Assembly (NCBI RefSeq): GCF_006345805.1
Contig: NC_043015.1
Location: 48,174,001-48,238,000, forward strand
Length of the DNA: 64,000 bases
From: Octopus sinensis
Taxonomy: Eukaryota
Direction: 5' to 3'
Position 1 is the stretch's first letter; every line of letters starts with the position of its first letter. The notes beneath the pieces are model-generated. The model was not told where the DNA came from and made no database searches. It worked only from the letters and a program-made list of their open reading frames with translations. The position numbers were made by a program, and so were the translations under genes. This document shows, one piece after another, positions 24,700-37,805 of this stretch.

Positions 24700-25735
24700 T
24701 TTGCTGGTAAGAGGTAAGAGAGCTCTTACCCCTGCTGGTGACAAAAGGCCTCTTGCACAGAGTAAAAGGCAGACTGTATGATGCGTGTGTACGAACAGCC
24801 ATGCTACATGGCAGTGAAACATGGGCCATGACTGCTGAGGATATGCGTAAGCTCGCAAGAAATGAAGCCAGTATGCTCCGATGGATGTGTAATGTCAGTA
24901 CTCATACTTGGCAGAATGTAAGTACCTTGAGAGAAAAGCTGGACCTAAGAAGCATCAGTTGTGGTGTGCAAGAGAGACGTTTGTGCTGGTATGGTCATGT
25001 GGCGAGAATGGATGAAGATAGTTGTGTGAAAAAGTTCCACACCCTAGCGGTTGAGGGAACCTGCGGAAGAGGCAGACCCAGGAAAACCTGGGACGAGGTG
25101 GTGAAGCACGACCTTCGAACTTTAGGTCTCACTGAGGAAATGACTAGAGACCGAGACCTCTGGAAGTGTGCTGTGCGCGAGAAGACCCGGCAGGACAAGA
25201 GAGTCCATAACCCGTAGCCTTCTACATGGGATGGAGCCAGCCTACGTATGCATACCTTCCCTTCTTGGGACACAAAACTCTACTTGTGAAGACCTGTTGA
25301 GGCAAGTGAGGATCAGAATCGAAATCGATCAATGGAAATTGCAGATGTGTTACCAGTGCCGGTGGCATGTAAGAGAACCATCCGTTTGCGACCGTTGCCA
25401 GCGCCGCCCCGACTGGCCTCGTGCCGGTGGCACATAAAAAGCACCATCCATTCGTGTCCATTGCCAGCCTCGCCTGGCCCCCGTGCTGGTGGCACATAAA
25501 ATGTACCATCCGTTCGTGGCCGTTTGCCAGCTCTGTCTGGCACCTGTGCGGGTGGCACGTAAAAAGCACCCACTACACTCACGGAGTGGTTGGCGTTAGG
25601 AAGGGCATCCAGCCGTAGAAACACTGCCAGATCTGACTGGGCCTGATGAAGCCTTCTGGCTTCACAGACCCCAGTTGAACCGTCCAACCCATGCTAGCAT
25701 GGAAAACGGACACTAAACGATGATGATGATGATGT
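24700..25735 (+). mobile_element. 5'-truncated RTE-clade LINE: ORF 3' end, 3' UTR with internal ~60-bp repeats, (GAT)n tail
   Basis: MLHGSETW..., RRL.WYGHV.RM, G..GRGRPRKTW.E.V..DL; ends CCATGCTAGCATGGAAAACGGAC..AAACGATGATGATG. Confidence 0.9.
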
Positions 25736-26664
25736 AGAAAGTAGTCTATTGTTAAGATAAATCTCTGATAATAATGTGTTTAAATACATGTTAATTTTAG
25801 ATAATAAATATTTATGATTGGTTTACTGTATATTATTTTAGATAATTGAGTAATTATAAGTGTGGTGTGTGTGTGTCTTACATATTAAAACTGAAAATGT
25901 ATGTGTGTGTGTATCAGTATGTCCTCGTTGTGCACCAAAACGGCGCAACTGATTTTTCTTAAGCTTCACACGCACATTGCTTATGTGTCTGGGGAGGTTT
26001 TAAGTATAAATTGATTTAGAAAAACTGTTCGGATAAATGGCATGAGGAATAACATTTGGGCGTGAGTGAATGGTGAGAGCAATGATTTTTTAAGCTTCAA
26101 AGGGAAGTAACCCATTCCCTCCTGGAAATAACAACCAAGGGAAATAACCCATTCATTTTCAGTATGCTTATTTCTTAGTATTTGAACTATTTTAGTTATT
26201 TTCTCAATTTATCCAATACAACGCTTAAACAAATAAATAGTATTCTCCTAAACAATAGATCCACTTATTTCGGTTAGTGACTTATTCATGAATATACCAA
26301 CACTAGCACTGCTGAGGGTAATATTCTCTGGGAACGCACAAAAGCTTTTTATCATAGTTAATTACTTTGAATTGTTATTATTTCATATCTGATTAGCTTG
26401 TTATTACAAATTTTAGAATTTGCCATGATTATCTGAATTGGATTTTGGGATTATGAGTGAAGGATTTCGAAGTTATATTTTGGGATTAGTGCTGTTAATA
26501 TTCTAGGGCCGCCTGGCCACTTCCTGCTATATTTACATGAGAGAACAGCCAAAGTAAATCACTGATGAGAAATGAGTGACTAATTACATTAAGATCAAAT
26601 TATCTGAGTTGACAGCAGAATCAGTCATTTGTGCAACAATTGAATGATTCATTTCAAATTTCAG

Positions 26665-26785
26665 AGTGAGCAACAGTTTTTGAAATCAAAGCCAACATGT
26701 TTTGTAATCTTTGGAAAACCTGGCGCTGGAAAGACTCAGTTAGCAAAGCAAATTGCTCGACAATGGAATTGCGAACTCATTAATC
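26665..26785 (+). CDS. AK9: AK9 exon 3, first P-loop (SEQQFLKSKPTCFVIFGKPGAGKTQLAKQIARQWNCELIN)
   Basis: TTTCAG acceptor, GTAAGT donor, Walker A GKPGAGKT. Confidence 0.93.
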
Positions 26786-26807
26786 GTAAGTATTTTTTAT
26801 TGTTTAA

Positions 26808-26945
26808 CCCTTTCGTTACCAGCCCAGCTGAAACCGGCCCTAGCTCTGAGTACAAATGTCTTGTTTTCATAAGTTTGGAATTACAATCTTCCACCAAACC
26901 TTAGTCACAATTTATGTTCCTAATACTAGCTTAATGATAACTGGT
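26808..26945 (+). mobile_element. Truncated piggyBac-type MITE, same family
   Basis: TTAA|CCCTTTCGTTACC start; shares the internal sequence; right end missing. Confidence 0.75.
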
Positions 26946-27092
26946 GATCCCCACCCCGACCTTTCTCTTACCTATCTCTTTATGAAGCCATTCTACAACC
27001 ATTTACACTTAAGTTATTGTTGTCACACCTTCAATGTTTGATATTGTAAACACAAATTTGTATATGATTGCTAGGAATACATTTTATTTTAA

Positions 27093-27304
27093 CCCTTTCA
27101 TTACCAACCTGGCTGAAACTGGCTCTGGCTCTGAGTACAAATGTCATAAGTTTTTAATTAAAATCTTCCCCCAAACCTTAGTCACAATTTATGTTCCTAA
27201 CACTAGCTGAATGATAACTAAGTTATTTTGCTAAATTCTTTTTTATATTTAAAGTAATTGAAAGAAACACAGAGGATCTCAAAATAAATATAGTAATGAA
27301 AGGG
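27093..27304 (+). mobile_element. piggyBac-type MITE
   Basis: TTAA|CCCTTTCATTAC ... GTAATGAAAGGG|TTAA. Confidence 0.85.
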
Positions 27305-28009
27305 TTAAAGACAGAAAATATTTTTAAAGGTTAATTCTGATTTTAGTCTGAGTTATCTAATACTTTTATAAGGTGAATCTGTTGATATTACAAAAAAAAC
27401 CCAAAAAAACTGGCATTCTGTTGGTTACAACGAATGTAGTTCTGATGGAGATTCAGCATGATACAGAATACGACAAGGCTGGCCCTTTGAATTACAGGTG
27501 CAACTCGCTTGGGCTAGAACAACATGAAATGAAGTGTCTTGCTCAAGGACACAACACCTCACCAGAAATCGAACTCACGACCTTACGGTCATGAGCTGAA
27601 TACCGTAGCCGCTTAGTGGTTAGGGTATTCAGCTCATGATCGTAAGGACGTGAGTTCAATTCCTAAAGATATTTCTTTATTTAATTTTTTTTTTTTTAAT
27701 CCTATTTGAATGCTTAAACAATTTATTGGTTTGATGATTTGGTGCTTTGCAGTCAATCATCTTTTCTGCTGTCTCTTTTAATCTTTTGCCTGCGGTCATC
27801 CATTAGCCTGTGGTCATCCTGGGGCACCACCTTGAAGAACCTTGGTTGAATGAATCGACCCCAGTACTTATGTTTTCTCAAGCGTGGTACTCATTCTATC
27901 GGTCATTTTTGCCAAACTTTTAAGTTACGAGGACGTTAAACACCAACATCAATTGTCAAGCAGTGTTGGGGGACAAACACAGACAGAAAGAAACAGACGT
28001 ATATGGCAA

Positions 28010-28940
28010 GCTGGCAGAAACGTTAGCACGCCGGGCGTAATGCTTAGTGGTATTTCGTCTGCCATTACATTCTGAGTTCAAATTCCGCTGTGGTCGACTT
28101 TGCCTTTCATCTTTCGAGGTTGATAAATAAAGTACCAGTTACGCACTGGGGTCGATATAATTGACTTAATCCTTATTTGTCCTCTCTGTGTTTAGCCCCT
28201 TGTGGGTAGTAAAGAAATAGGTATTTCGTCTGTCTTTACGTTCTGAATTCAAATTCTGCCGAGGTCAGCTTTGCCTTTCATCCTTTTGGGCTCAATTAAA
28301 TAAGTACCAGTTATGCACTGGGGTTGATATCATCAACTTAATCCGTTTGTCTGTCCTTGTTTGTCCTCTCTGTGTTTATCCCCTTGTGGGTAGTAAAGAC
28401 ATATTTATTTCATCTGTCTTTACGTTCCGAGTTCAAATTCTGCCGAGGTTGACTTTGCCTTTCATCCTTTCGGGGTCGATAAATTAAGTACCAGTTACGC
28501 ACTGGGGTCGATATAATTGACTTAATCCTTATTTGTCCTCTCTGTATTTAGCCCCTTGCGGGTAGTAAAGAAATAGGTATTTCGTCTGTCTTTACGTTCT
28601 GAATTCAAATTCCGCCGAGGTCAACTTTGCCTTTTGTCCTTTCAGGGTCGATAAATTAAGTACCTGTTATGCACTGGGGTCGATGTAATCGACTTAATCC
28701 GTTTGTCTGTCCTTGTTTGTCCCCTCTATGTTTAGCCCTTTGTGGGTAATAAAGAAATAAATGTTAGCACACTGGGAGAAATGCTTAGTGGTATTTCGTC
28801 TGTCTTTACGTTCTGAGTTCAAATTCTGCCACGGTCGACTTTGCCTTTCATCCTTTCAGGGTCGATAAATTAAGTACCAGTTGCATACTGGGGTCGATTT
28901 AATCGACTGGCACCCTCCCCACAAAATTTCAGGCCTTGTG
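28010..28940 (+). repeat. Tandem array of five SINE-B units (~170-210 bp)
   Basis: Units restart at TATTTC(G/A)TCTG near 28050, 28220, 28405, 28578 and 28790; each has GAGTTCAAATTC..CGAGGTCGACTTTGCCTTTCATCCTTTCGGGGTCGAT. Confidence 0.9.
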
Positions 28941-29830
28941 CCTAGAATAGAAAAGAGACACACGTAAAGACATATATACGACGCATTTCTTTCAGTTCCC
29001 ATTAACCAAGTCCACTCATGAGGCTTTGGTCAACTTCAGGCTTTAGTAGAAGACACTTGCCCAAGATACCACGCAGTGGGATTGAACCTGGAAACTATGT
29101 GGTTGGGAAATAAGCTTCTTACCAACAGCCAAGCCTGCACCTGATGTCTTCTTCAGTTTGTCTGCCCAACGCTGAAGTTACTTTTCCATGTTTTTATTTG
29201 AGTTTTATGTAATCGTAACTGTAATTTTGTAATTTCTGCAATTTTCTAACTTACAAAAATGTAAACAGTATTGAAACATTCTCAAACAAAATATTCTAAA
29301 TTTTCTAATGCTAAAATCGATTCTTTATAAAAAAAAAACGTCTTTTTTTTATGTCAAGGGAGGTAACTATTGTTTTCTTGATCAGCACTAAATCTTAAAT
29401 TTGCTACCTTATTTAAGTAAATCAGTATAGCCACCCTGATATCGCATAACCTGACTAAGGAAGTCTCTTTCCTCAATCTTTAGTCTTTCAGTTCATTTTA
29501 ACATTCACTAACCGCAGTTTTCACCGTTATTCTCTGATTACACTTAATCATTTAATTCGTTTCTTATTCATTCAAATTTGTTAAAATGTTTTAAGTTACC
29601 TCAGAGCAGTGCCTTGCCGTAGGTCCACTGAGAATACTAAGACAGTGGGTCGACCATTATAGTAACATCATAATTAGATAAACAAATTACATCACCATCA
29701 ATTAATATCCGTTTTCCATATTGACAGGAGCTGATAAGGCCAGGAGCTACACCATGTTATATAGTCTGTTTTGGCTTAATTTCTTTAGCTGGATGCCTTT
29801 CCTAATACCAACCACTTTACAGTGTGTACT

Positions 29831-30063
29831 GGGTACTCTTTACGTGGTACCAGCACGGGTACTTTATACGTGGTACCAGCACGGGTACTTTATACGTGGT
29901 ACCAGCACAGGTACTTTATACGTGGTACCGGCACGGGTACTTTATACGTGATACCAGCACGGGTACTTTATATGTGGTACCAGCACAGGTACTCTTTACG
30001 TGGTACCAGCACAGGTACTTTATACGTGGTACCAGCACGGGTACTTTATACGTGGTCCCAGCA
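29831..30063. repeat. 26-bp minisatellite, ~9 copies
   Basis: Unit GGGTACTTTATACGTGGTACCAGCAC. Confidence 0.92.
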
Positions 30064-30256
30064 TAGTCATTTGTACACGTATTTGAAAGATAGTCTGCTT
30101 GCTTTATGAACAACACAGAAAACACATGATATGGAGTAAATGAAGATTAATCAAAAACTAATTATTTCCTTATTGGCATTAAATGTCAGCCCCTTAATTA
30201 GTGTTATCTAAAGATGTTATACACACCTGTTTTTATTTATTTATTTTTTTTTTCAG

Positions 30257-30406
30257 CTCAAGAATTAATTAACCAAGAACTGGAACAACAGACTTTTCTA
30301 GGACAAAAGTGTTTTGATATAATTAGTAAAGGAGAACTAATCCTTGATGAGCTCACTTTTAAAATAATGAACAAAAAAATCAACTCCCCTGAGGTTGCTC
30401 ATCATG
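30257..30406 (+). CDS. AK9: AK9 exon 4 (QELINQELEQQTFLGQK...SPEVAHHG)
   Basis: TTTCAG/GTATGC boundaries, phase 1-1, adenylate kinase NMP-binding region pattern. Confidence 0.9.
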
Positions 30407-30699
30407 GTATGCAAATGACCATCACCAATGGTCTTTAATTAAGTTTATTACTTGTATAAAACAAATATGTGATACTTAACTATCATCATCATCATCATCA
30501 TCATCATCATCGTTTAACGTCTGCTTTCCATGCTAGCATGGGTTGGACAGTTTGACTGAGGTCTGGCAAACCAGATGGCTGCACCAGGCTCCTATCTGCT
30601 CTGGCAGAGTGTCTACAACTGGATGCCCTTCCTAACGCCAACCACTCTGAGAGTGTAGTGGGTGCTTTTACAATCCACCGGCACAAGAGGTGCCACCAT

Positions 30700-31070
30700 A
30701 TATATATAATATAATAATAATAATAATAATAATAATGAAATTTTTGTGTATAGTGCTCAGGTGCACTACAACTCATCAAAGGTGCATGTACAATACATAG
30801 AATTATGTACAAATGTCAGGAAAGCGAAGAGTGTAAGAGTCATGATATACATGTGTGCATGCGTATGGAGTGGGGTGTATCAGGTGTAGTGTTGGCGAAT
30901 TTTAGGAAGCATGGAGGTTTTAAAGGATGCAATGTTTTGGCAACAAACATCTGATGCAGGTAGTTTGTTCCATGCTTCAGCAATTCTGGGTGTGAAAAAA
31001 TGTTTCCGAAAGTCATGGGAGCTGTGCTGTTTTCTGACTTTGTAGGCATGTGCAGTAATCTGAATGCTAA
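30700..31070 (-). mobile_element. CR1-type LINE 3' end, same family
   Basis: Same UTR (TGCTCAGGTGCAC..CAACT) and GTTCCATGCTTCAGCAA motif; (TAA)n on the + strand. Confidence 0.78.
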
Positions 31071-31779
31071 AAGACCAAATGCTTTAGTTCTGGTGAGAAA
31101 CATAAATATTAATTTATCATTCGTTTTGTAAATAAATGAAAGCATTTAATAGAATTCAATATTTTTTGAGTCTGGAAATGAAATATTAACAAATGGTTTG
31201 TGTCAATATCATGGATCATTTAGCCAATATCTGCAACCGTAAAATTCAGTAAATATTTTGAAAAGATATTTCATTTGTGAAAAATATTTGCCTTTTGCTC
31301 TTTTACTGATCAATGAAAGAAAATACCAGTTAACTATTAGGACCATTGGAACTGACTAATCTCCCTCCTTTCAGAACTACTGCCCCCCCCCCCCCGTGCC
31401 TTAAATTAGGAACCATTATGTCATTATGTCACTCCACCGCCACCACCACCATCATATTTGATTACTGCTTTATTTTATTGACCCTCAAAGGATGAAAGGC
31501 AAAGTTGACCTCACCAGATTTTATAGTGGGCATGACTTAGTGGTTAAGGTATTGGACTCATGATCCTAAGATTGTGGTTTCAATTCCTGGACTAGGTGAT
31601 GTGTTTTTGTTTTTGAATAAGTCACTGCATTTCACATTGCTCCAGTTCACTCAGCTGGCAAAAAGGAGTAATCCTGTGTGTGACAGACCAGTGCCCCACC
31701 CAAGGAGAAATATATTTTAACAACCTACTTTGATGAGTATGTTTTAACATCTTTGAATGCCATTGAGGGAGTTTACAGC

Positions 31780-32025
31780 CTGGGTTACCACAGACATGTG
31801 ATTAGAATGTCACCAGAGAGAATCAGAAGACAGATTCTTCAAACTGGACTGACCAGCAGGAGACCTAGGGGCAGACCAAGAATGAAATCATTGGAGAGTA
31901 TCCATTGTCTCAGTTGGTCATGCTTGGGCATCCAGCAGCCAGAAAGTGTAATGATAGTTGCTTCTAATGGGACCCTATGGATTAAGTGCCCAAAGACACT
32001 ACCTCCACAACCTTCTCAGGAATAG
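31780..32025 (+). mobile_element. Decayed RTE LINE C-terminal fragment
   Basis: HVIRMSPER..RQIL...RRPRGRPR...LPPQPS. Confidence 0.65.
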
Positions 32026-32377
32026 TGAGCAGAGATAGATGGCTTGCTGGCTGGGTAGGGATTATAAAGAAAATTAGGTACAAAGCGTTGTCACTAATAA
32101 ACAGTTTTCCCAGCTCTCAAAGATTTAATGAGAATCTAAATTCAGTTCCTCTGCCATGTTTCAAAATCTTAAACATCATTTTAAAAATTTTATCGTACCA
32201 CAATTTTTTTAATTTTATTTTATCGCAATTTTTAAAATTTTATTTTATCACAATTTTAAAAATTTTATTTTATCGCAATTTTTCACATATAGAATTGGCA
32301 TTTTCCTTTTTGGCTTTTCTCTAATTCTTCTGATTCATTGTCAATGTATTTGTTTTAATGAAACTTTATCTTTGCAG

Positions 32378-32490
32378 GTTATATTCTTGATGGTCTTCCA
32401 ACAATTAGTCAAGAATTTATGACTACCACTGAGCAAATAGACTGGATAAAGAAAAGAGATCTCTCTCCTGATGTCATTATTAATTTGAAA
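32378..32490 (+). CDS. AK9: AK9 exon 5 (GYILDGLPTISQEFMTTTEQIDWIKKRDLSPDVIINLK)
   Basis: TTTGCAG/GTTGGT boundaries; adenylate kinase G(Y/F)ILDG(L/F)P motif. Confidence 0.92.
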
Positions 32491-33123
32491 GTTGGTACAG
32501 TTTACAAACTGTTCTTTTTTTTTAGAAAATGATAAACCTAAAGCGATTAAGGCCCACTGTTTTAATTCATTTTGACAAAAGTTCAAGTAACATGGACATA
32601 AAAAGGCTAAACTCTAATTGTCGGTGGCAGTGGAATAGAAATAGCATTTTGGTGGATGATTAAAAGAAAGGGTAGCATTCCAGGCTGGTGGATTTATAGA
32701 ACTGTAAAAACATTGGACCAGGTGCTTTGGGGGCACTTATTTCAGCTCTTTGCATTCTGAGTTCAAATCCCACTAAGGTGTACCTGGGTGATATACTTAA
32801 TCAATTACCCAGTTCAGCACTACCACCACCACTACTACCACCATCACCGCTACAGCCACCATCACCTGGAACCTTGAGTGTCTTTAGTGGAATCCACTCA
32901 GTCGCAAGCATTCAAACCAGGTCCCTAATTTAAGGACACCTTCTTTCCTCTTTTTCATTCTAAAAATAAACAATCAGGCGTAGGAGTGGCTGTGTGGTAA
33001 GTAGCTTGCTTATGAACCACATGGTTCTGGGTTCAGTCCCACTGCGTGGCACCTTCGACGAGTGTCTTCTACTATAGCCTTGGGCTGACCAAAGCCTTGT
33101 GAGTGGATTTGGTAGGCGGAAAC

Positions 33124-33200
<77 letters not shown>

Positions 33201-33925
33201 GTATGTGTATGTATATGTTTGTGTGTCTGTGTTTGTCCCCCCAACATCGCTTGACAACCGATGCTGGTGTGTTTACGTCCCCATAACTAAGCAGTTCGGC
33301 AAAAGATACCAATAGAATATGTACTAGGCTTACAAAGAATAAGTCCTGGGGTCAATTTTCTCGACTAAAGGCGATGCTCCAGCATGGCCACAGTCACATG
33401 ACTGAAACAAGTAAAAGAGAGTAAAGAGAGTATATCACTGAAATCTCAAAGCTATGAGATAATGCATGATTAATTCAAAACATTGTGAAATAAATAAGTG
33501 TTACATTTGACAGAGCTGTCTCGGTCCTAAAGGGCTGAAAGGCAGAAAACTTCAAGTCATTTACTTTACTGATACTGTTATGGGTTTACATCATACCAAA
33601 ATTAGTTTTAAGATTGATATCATTTAATATTTGTATTTTTCAAAGCAGCAAGCTGGCAGAATCATTAGCGCACCAGACAAAATGCATAGTGCCACTTCAT
33701 CTGACTTTACGTTTTGAGTTCAAATTCTTCCGAGGTCGACTTTGCCCTTCATCCTTTCAGGGTCGATAAATTAAGTACCAGTTGAGGGACATTACAATTG
33801 ACTAGACTCCTTTCCCTCAGACTTGCTAGCCTTGTGACAAACTTTAAAATTAGTTGTATTTCTCATAAATATTGTTGTGAATGGAGTAATTAAGTAATTA
33901 AGAATTGTTTATTGTCATTTCTTAG

Positions 33926-34033
33926 ATTCCGGATGAAGATTTATTAACCAGGAGGACAAACCAGAAGTACGACTCAATGACAGGAGTTATGTACCCTAAA
34001 GAAGTTTATGATCCCGAAAGAGTAGTCACTGTG
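33926..34033 (+). CDS. AK9: AK9 exon 6 (IPDEDLLTRRTNQKYDSMTGVMYPKEVYDPERVVTV)
   Basis: CTTAG/GTAAGG boundaries; LID-like R...D..TG..Y pattern. Confidence 0.9.
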
Positions 34034-34970
34034 GTAAGGCTGTTGAATTTATAATCACATCTATTTGGATTTAAGCTACCTTAATGTCTAACTTGTAAAT
34101 TATTTTTAACTTGTTTTCATTGAATATTTTGAAATTAATTTTTGTTGCTGGATGAAAGAATTTAAATTTGTCACAGCGATTCATGCAAATTTTTTCAGTG
34201 TCTGAGCAGACAAAATGGTAAATACAGTGCCAGTGGCACAGAAAAATAGTACCCAGTCTATACTGGCAATGTTGGCACTGGAGTTTAGCACAGCCCTGTA
34301 GCTCATTGTGGCCTGTCAAACCACTCAATCAATGCCTGCATGGGAAAAGGATGTTAAATAGTTACAATGATGATAACGATGATGATGATGATTTATTTAT
34401 TTATTTATGCGCCCTTTTCAAGCCTAGCTAGGCTCATGCGCCCGGTTTCCCTGTTTCTGTGGCGTATGTGTTTCCCCCAGTTGGACAGGATGCCAGTCCA
34501 TCACAGCATTACTCAAGAAACAGAAAGAAAGAGTGAGAGAAAGTTGGGGGCGAAAGAGTACAGCAGGGGTCGCCGCAACCCCCTGCTGGAGCCTCGTGGA
34601 GTTTCAGGTGTTTTCGCTCAATAAACACACAAAATGCTCGGTCTGGGAATCGAAACTGCGATCCTCCGACCGCGAGTCTGCTGCCCTAACCACTGGGCCA
34701 TTGCACCTCCACGATGATGATGATTACTACAAAAAATAAAAATGGTGAGGTGGGTGTGTGCTGAAGGAACCAGTTCACCTCATGAGTCATATTCCTCAAG
34801 AAGACTATCTCTGTCTTGGTCACACAGAGATGGGAGGTGGTTCCGGGGCCTAAGATGCAAGATGCTTTTGGTGCTAGAGGCTCAAAAAGACACCTATCTG
34901 AGAGTGACTGCTACTTTTGCACCTTAAAAAAGAAACATTTTGTGAAAAAGAAGTCATTGGGGGGTGTATA

Positions 34971-35476
34971 TCTATATATATAAAACTGTAGTTGTGTGAG
35001 TGTCTGTCCCCTTCGATTTAGATTCCTAACTACTCCCACATTTTGCGGTGCAGTTTAACCAAATTCGGGTATCTTGTAGTCGTGATTCATATCGAGCCCG
35101 TCTGAGTATTAGCGCGCGTCTACGATGAGTCTACGATTTTAAAAATAATTTAACATCATTTTTTATTCCATTTTAATGCATATTTTTTCGTGTGTCGATG
35201 GCGGCGGAGTTGGCGTCCACGGTCACACCTGCACCTGTGTTTGCTTCTCCCCTCCCTTGTGAAGCTGTGGGGAAGGGAGTGTAAGGAAATCAACGTCGTA
35301 AAGCGTTGTCAAGGAGACCAGCGTTCTTTTAGAACAACGACTTCATGGCTTGAAGACACCAAAACAGAAATGGCTAAGAAAGCCCGAATTGGCATCTATA
35401 AGGGAAGTAACTCTCTAAAAATGCTTATATAGTTATTTCCCTTACAAATCCGAGCAACGCCGGGCAATACTGCTAA
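34971..35476 (+). mobile_element. Single-unit copy of the same Helitron family
   Basis: A|TCTATATATATAAAACTGTAG start; CCGAGCAACGCCGGGCAATACTGCTA end. Confidence 0.8.
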
Positions 35477-35677
35477 AAATAAAACCTGTGGGAAAAAAGA
35501 AATATCATAAATAAATGCAAGAAAGATCATGGCCGTGAGGTAAGAAACTTGCTTCCCAGCCACATGGTTCTGAGTTCAGTCCCACTGTGTGACATCTTAG
35601 GCAAGTGTCTTCTAGTATAGCCCCAGGCTAGCCAAAGCCTTCTGGGTGGATTTTTGTTGACAGAAACTGAAAAAAGC

Positions 35678-35708
<31 letters not shown>

Positions 35709-36577
35709 CATCATCATCATCATCGTTTAGCATCCGCTTTCCATGCTAGCATGGGTTGGACGGTTCAACTGGGGTCTGGGAAGCCAGAAGGCTGCACCAG
35801 GCCCAGTCTGATCTGGCAATGTTTCTACGGCTGGATGCCCTTCCTGATGCCAACCACTCCATGAGTGTAGTGGGTGCTTTTTACATGCCACCGACACAGG
35901 TGCCAGGCGAGACTGGCAAACAGCCACGATTGGATGGTGCTTTTTACCTGCCACCAGCATGGAGGCCAGTCGGGGTGGCGCTGGCAACGGCCACGTTCCA
36001 ATGGTTATGTATATACCTGTGTGTGTGTGTTTCTTTATGTCTGTGTTTGTCTCAGACACACACACACACATACACACATACAACTGGTGTTGGTGTGTTT
36101 ACATTCCCATAACTTAGCAGTTCAGCAAATGAGGCCGATAGAATAAGTACGAGGCTTAAAAAAAGTCCTGGGGTTGATTTGTTCGACTCAAACCCTTCAA
36201 GGCAGTGCCCCAGCATGGCCGTAGTCAAATGACTGAAACAAGTAAAGATAAATGGAGATATAACGAACATTTTAATACTTTTTGGCATTTGTATTGCTTG
36301 TGACTCTTGTGGTATAGAAAGACTCTAACATCCATTCTGTACTGCAGGAGTCACCGGTGATGCCCAGGCTTATAAATCAATATGGTAGTTTATGCAGTAA
36401 ACTAGAGGGAGTTGTAGGGTAGGGGTTGGGTTGGGGTGGAAGAAGAAGAACAACAACAACAACGCTTCTTTTGATGATGTGTCTTTCAGGTGGGTTGGCC
36501 TAGAAAATATATATATACAGCTAAAAAATTAAAATACACATGATTTGTAAGAAAATTAGGCCACTAGCGCAAAATTA

Positions 36578-36655
36578 AATCATCATCATCATCATGACCA
36601 CAACCATCATCATCATCATCATCATCACCATCATTATCATCATCACCACCATCAC

Positions 36656-36687
<32 letters not shown>

Positions 36688-36701
36688 CCACCACCATCAT
36701 C

Positions 36702-36759
<58 letters not shown>

Positions 36760-36866
36760 CCACCACCATCACCACCACCATCATCATCATCATCACCATC
36801 ATCATAATCATCATCATCATCACCATCATCACCATCATCACCATCATCATCACCACCATCATCATC

Positions 36867-36912
<46 letters not shown>

Positions 36913-36926
36913 CCACTATCATCATC

Positions 36927-36975
<49 letters not shown>
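36578..36975. repeat. (CAT/CAC)n array forming the expanded tail of an RTE-derived element
   Basis: Abuts TTAACGTCCGTTGTCCATGCTGGCATGGG (reverse complement of the RTE 3' end). Confidence 0.92.
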
Positions 36976-37287
36976 CTTAACGTCCGTTGTCCATGCTGGC
37001 ATGGGTTGAACAGTGTGACCAGAGCTGGCAAACCGTACCTGTTTCTAGTCTGATTTGGCCTGGTTTCTACAGCTGGATACCCTTTCTAATTCCAACCACT
37101 TTACAGAGTGTGCTGGGTGCTTTTACAAGGCACCACACAAGTACTTTTATGTGTCGCTGAAGGGTGCTTTTATGCGGCACTGCACGGACGCTTTTATGTG
37201 ATGCCACGCAGGTGCTTTTATGTAGCGCTGCACAGGACATGACACAAAATGAGTTTGGTTGGCAAAGTGTTAAAGAATTATAAGAAA

Positions 37288-37592
37288 CTAGCAGTGTCGC
37301 CCGGCGTTGCTCGGGTTTTGTAAGGGAAATAACTATAAAGCATTTTTAGAGAGTTACTTCCCTTATATAACCTGAGCAAAAATCATTAAAAATGTGGAAA
37401 AATGATGGTAAATTTTTTTAAATCGTAGACTCATCGTAGATGCGCGCTAATACTCAGAAGGGCTCGATATGAATGACGACTATAAGATACCCGCTTTTGG
37501 TTAAACTGCACCGCAAAATGTGGGAGTAGTTAGGAATCTAAATCAGAGGAGACAGAGTCTCACACACACAACTTCAGTTTTATGTATAAAGA
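37288..37592 (-). mobile_element. Short related Helitron
   Basis: Minus strand runs A|TC...CCCGAGCAACGCCGGGCGACACTGCTAG|T. Confidence 0.8.
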
Positions 37593-37640
37593 TTCAGAGC
37601 TTGGCACACAGTGATCAAATTGATTAATTGTTTAATTTAG

Positions 37641-37805
37641 GATGAAGAAGATGAAGAACAAGCGAATGAGGAGGAAGTTGGAGAAGATACAGAAGAATTG
37701 TCTGCTGAGGACTTAGAACGACTGATCCAACAGCCTGTAGATATGGAAGCTCCTGCAAAAGATAGTATAGAAAAATATAAGTTAAATACATTGCGGATAA
37801 TTGAG
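37641..37805 (+). CDS. AK9: AK9 exon 7 (acidic DEEDEEQANEEE...KYKLNTLRIIE)
   Basis: TTTAG/GTAATT boundaries, phase 0-0; acidic stretch at the position where AK9 has one. Confidence 0.88.

Noticed and set aside
26644-26904. ORF-track start (MIHFKFQ) and read-through tail for the P-loop exon
   Set aside because: The N-terminal residues are acceptor-site sequence and the tail runs into a MITE; only 26665-26785 is exon.
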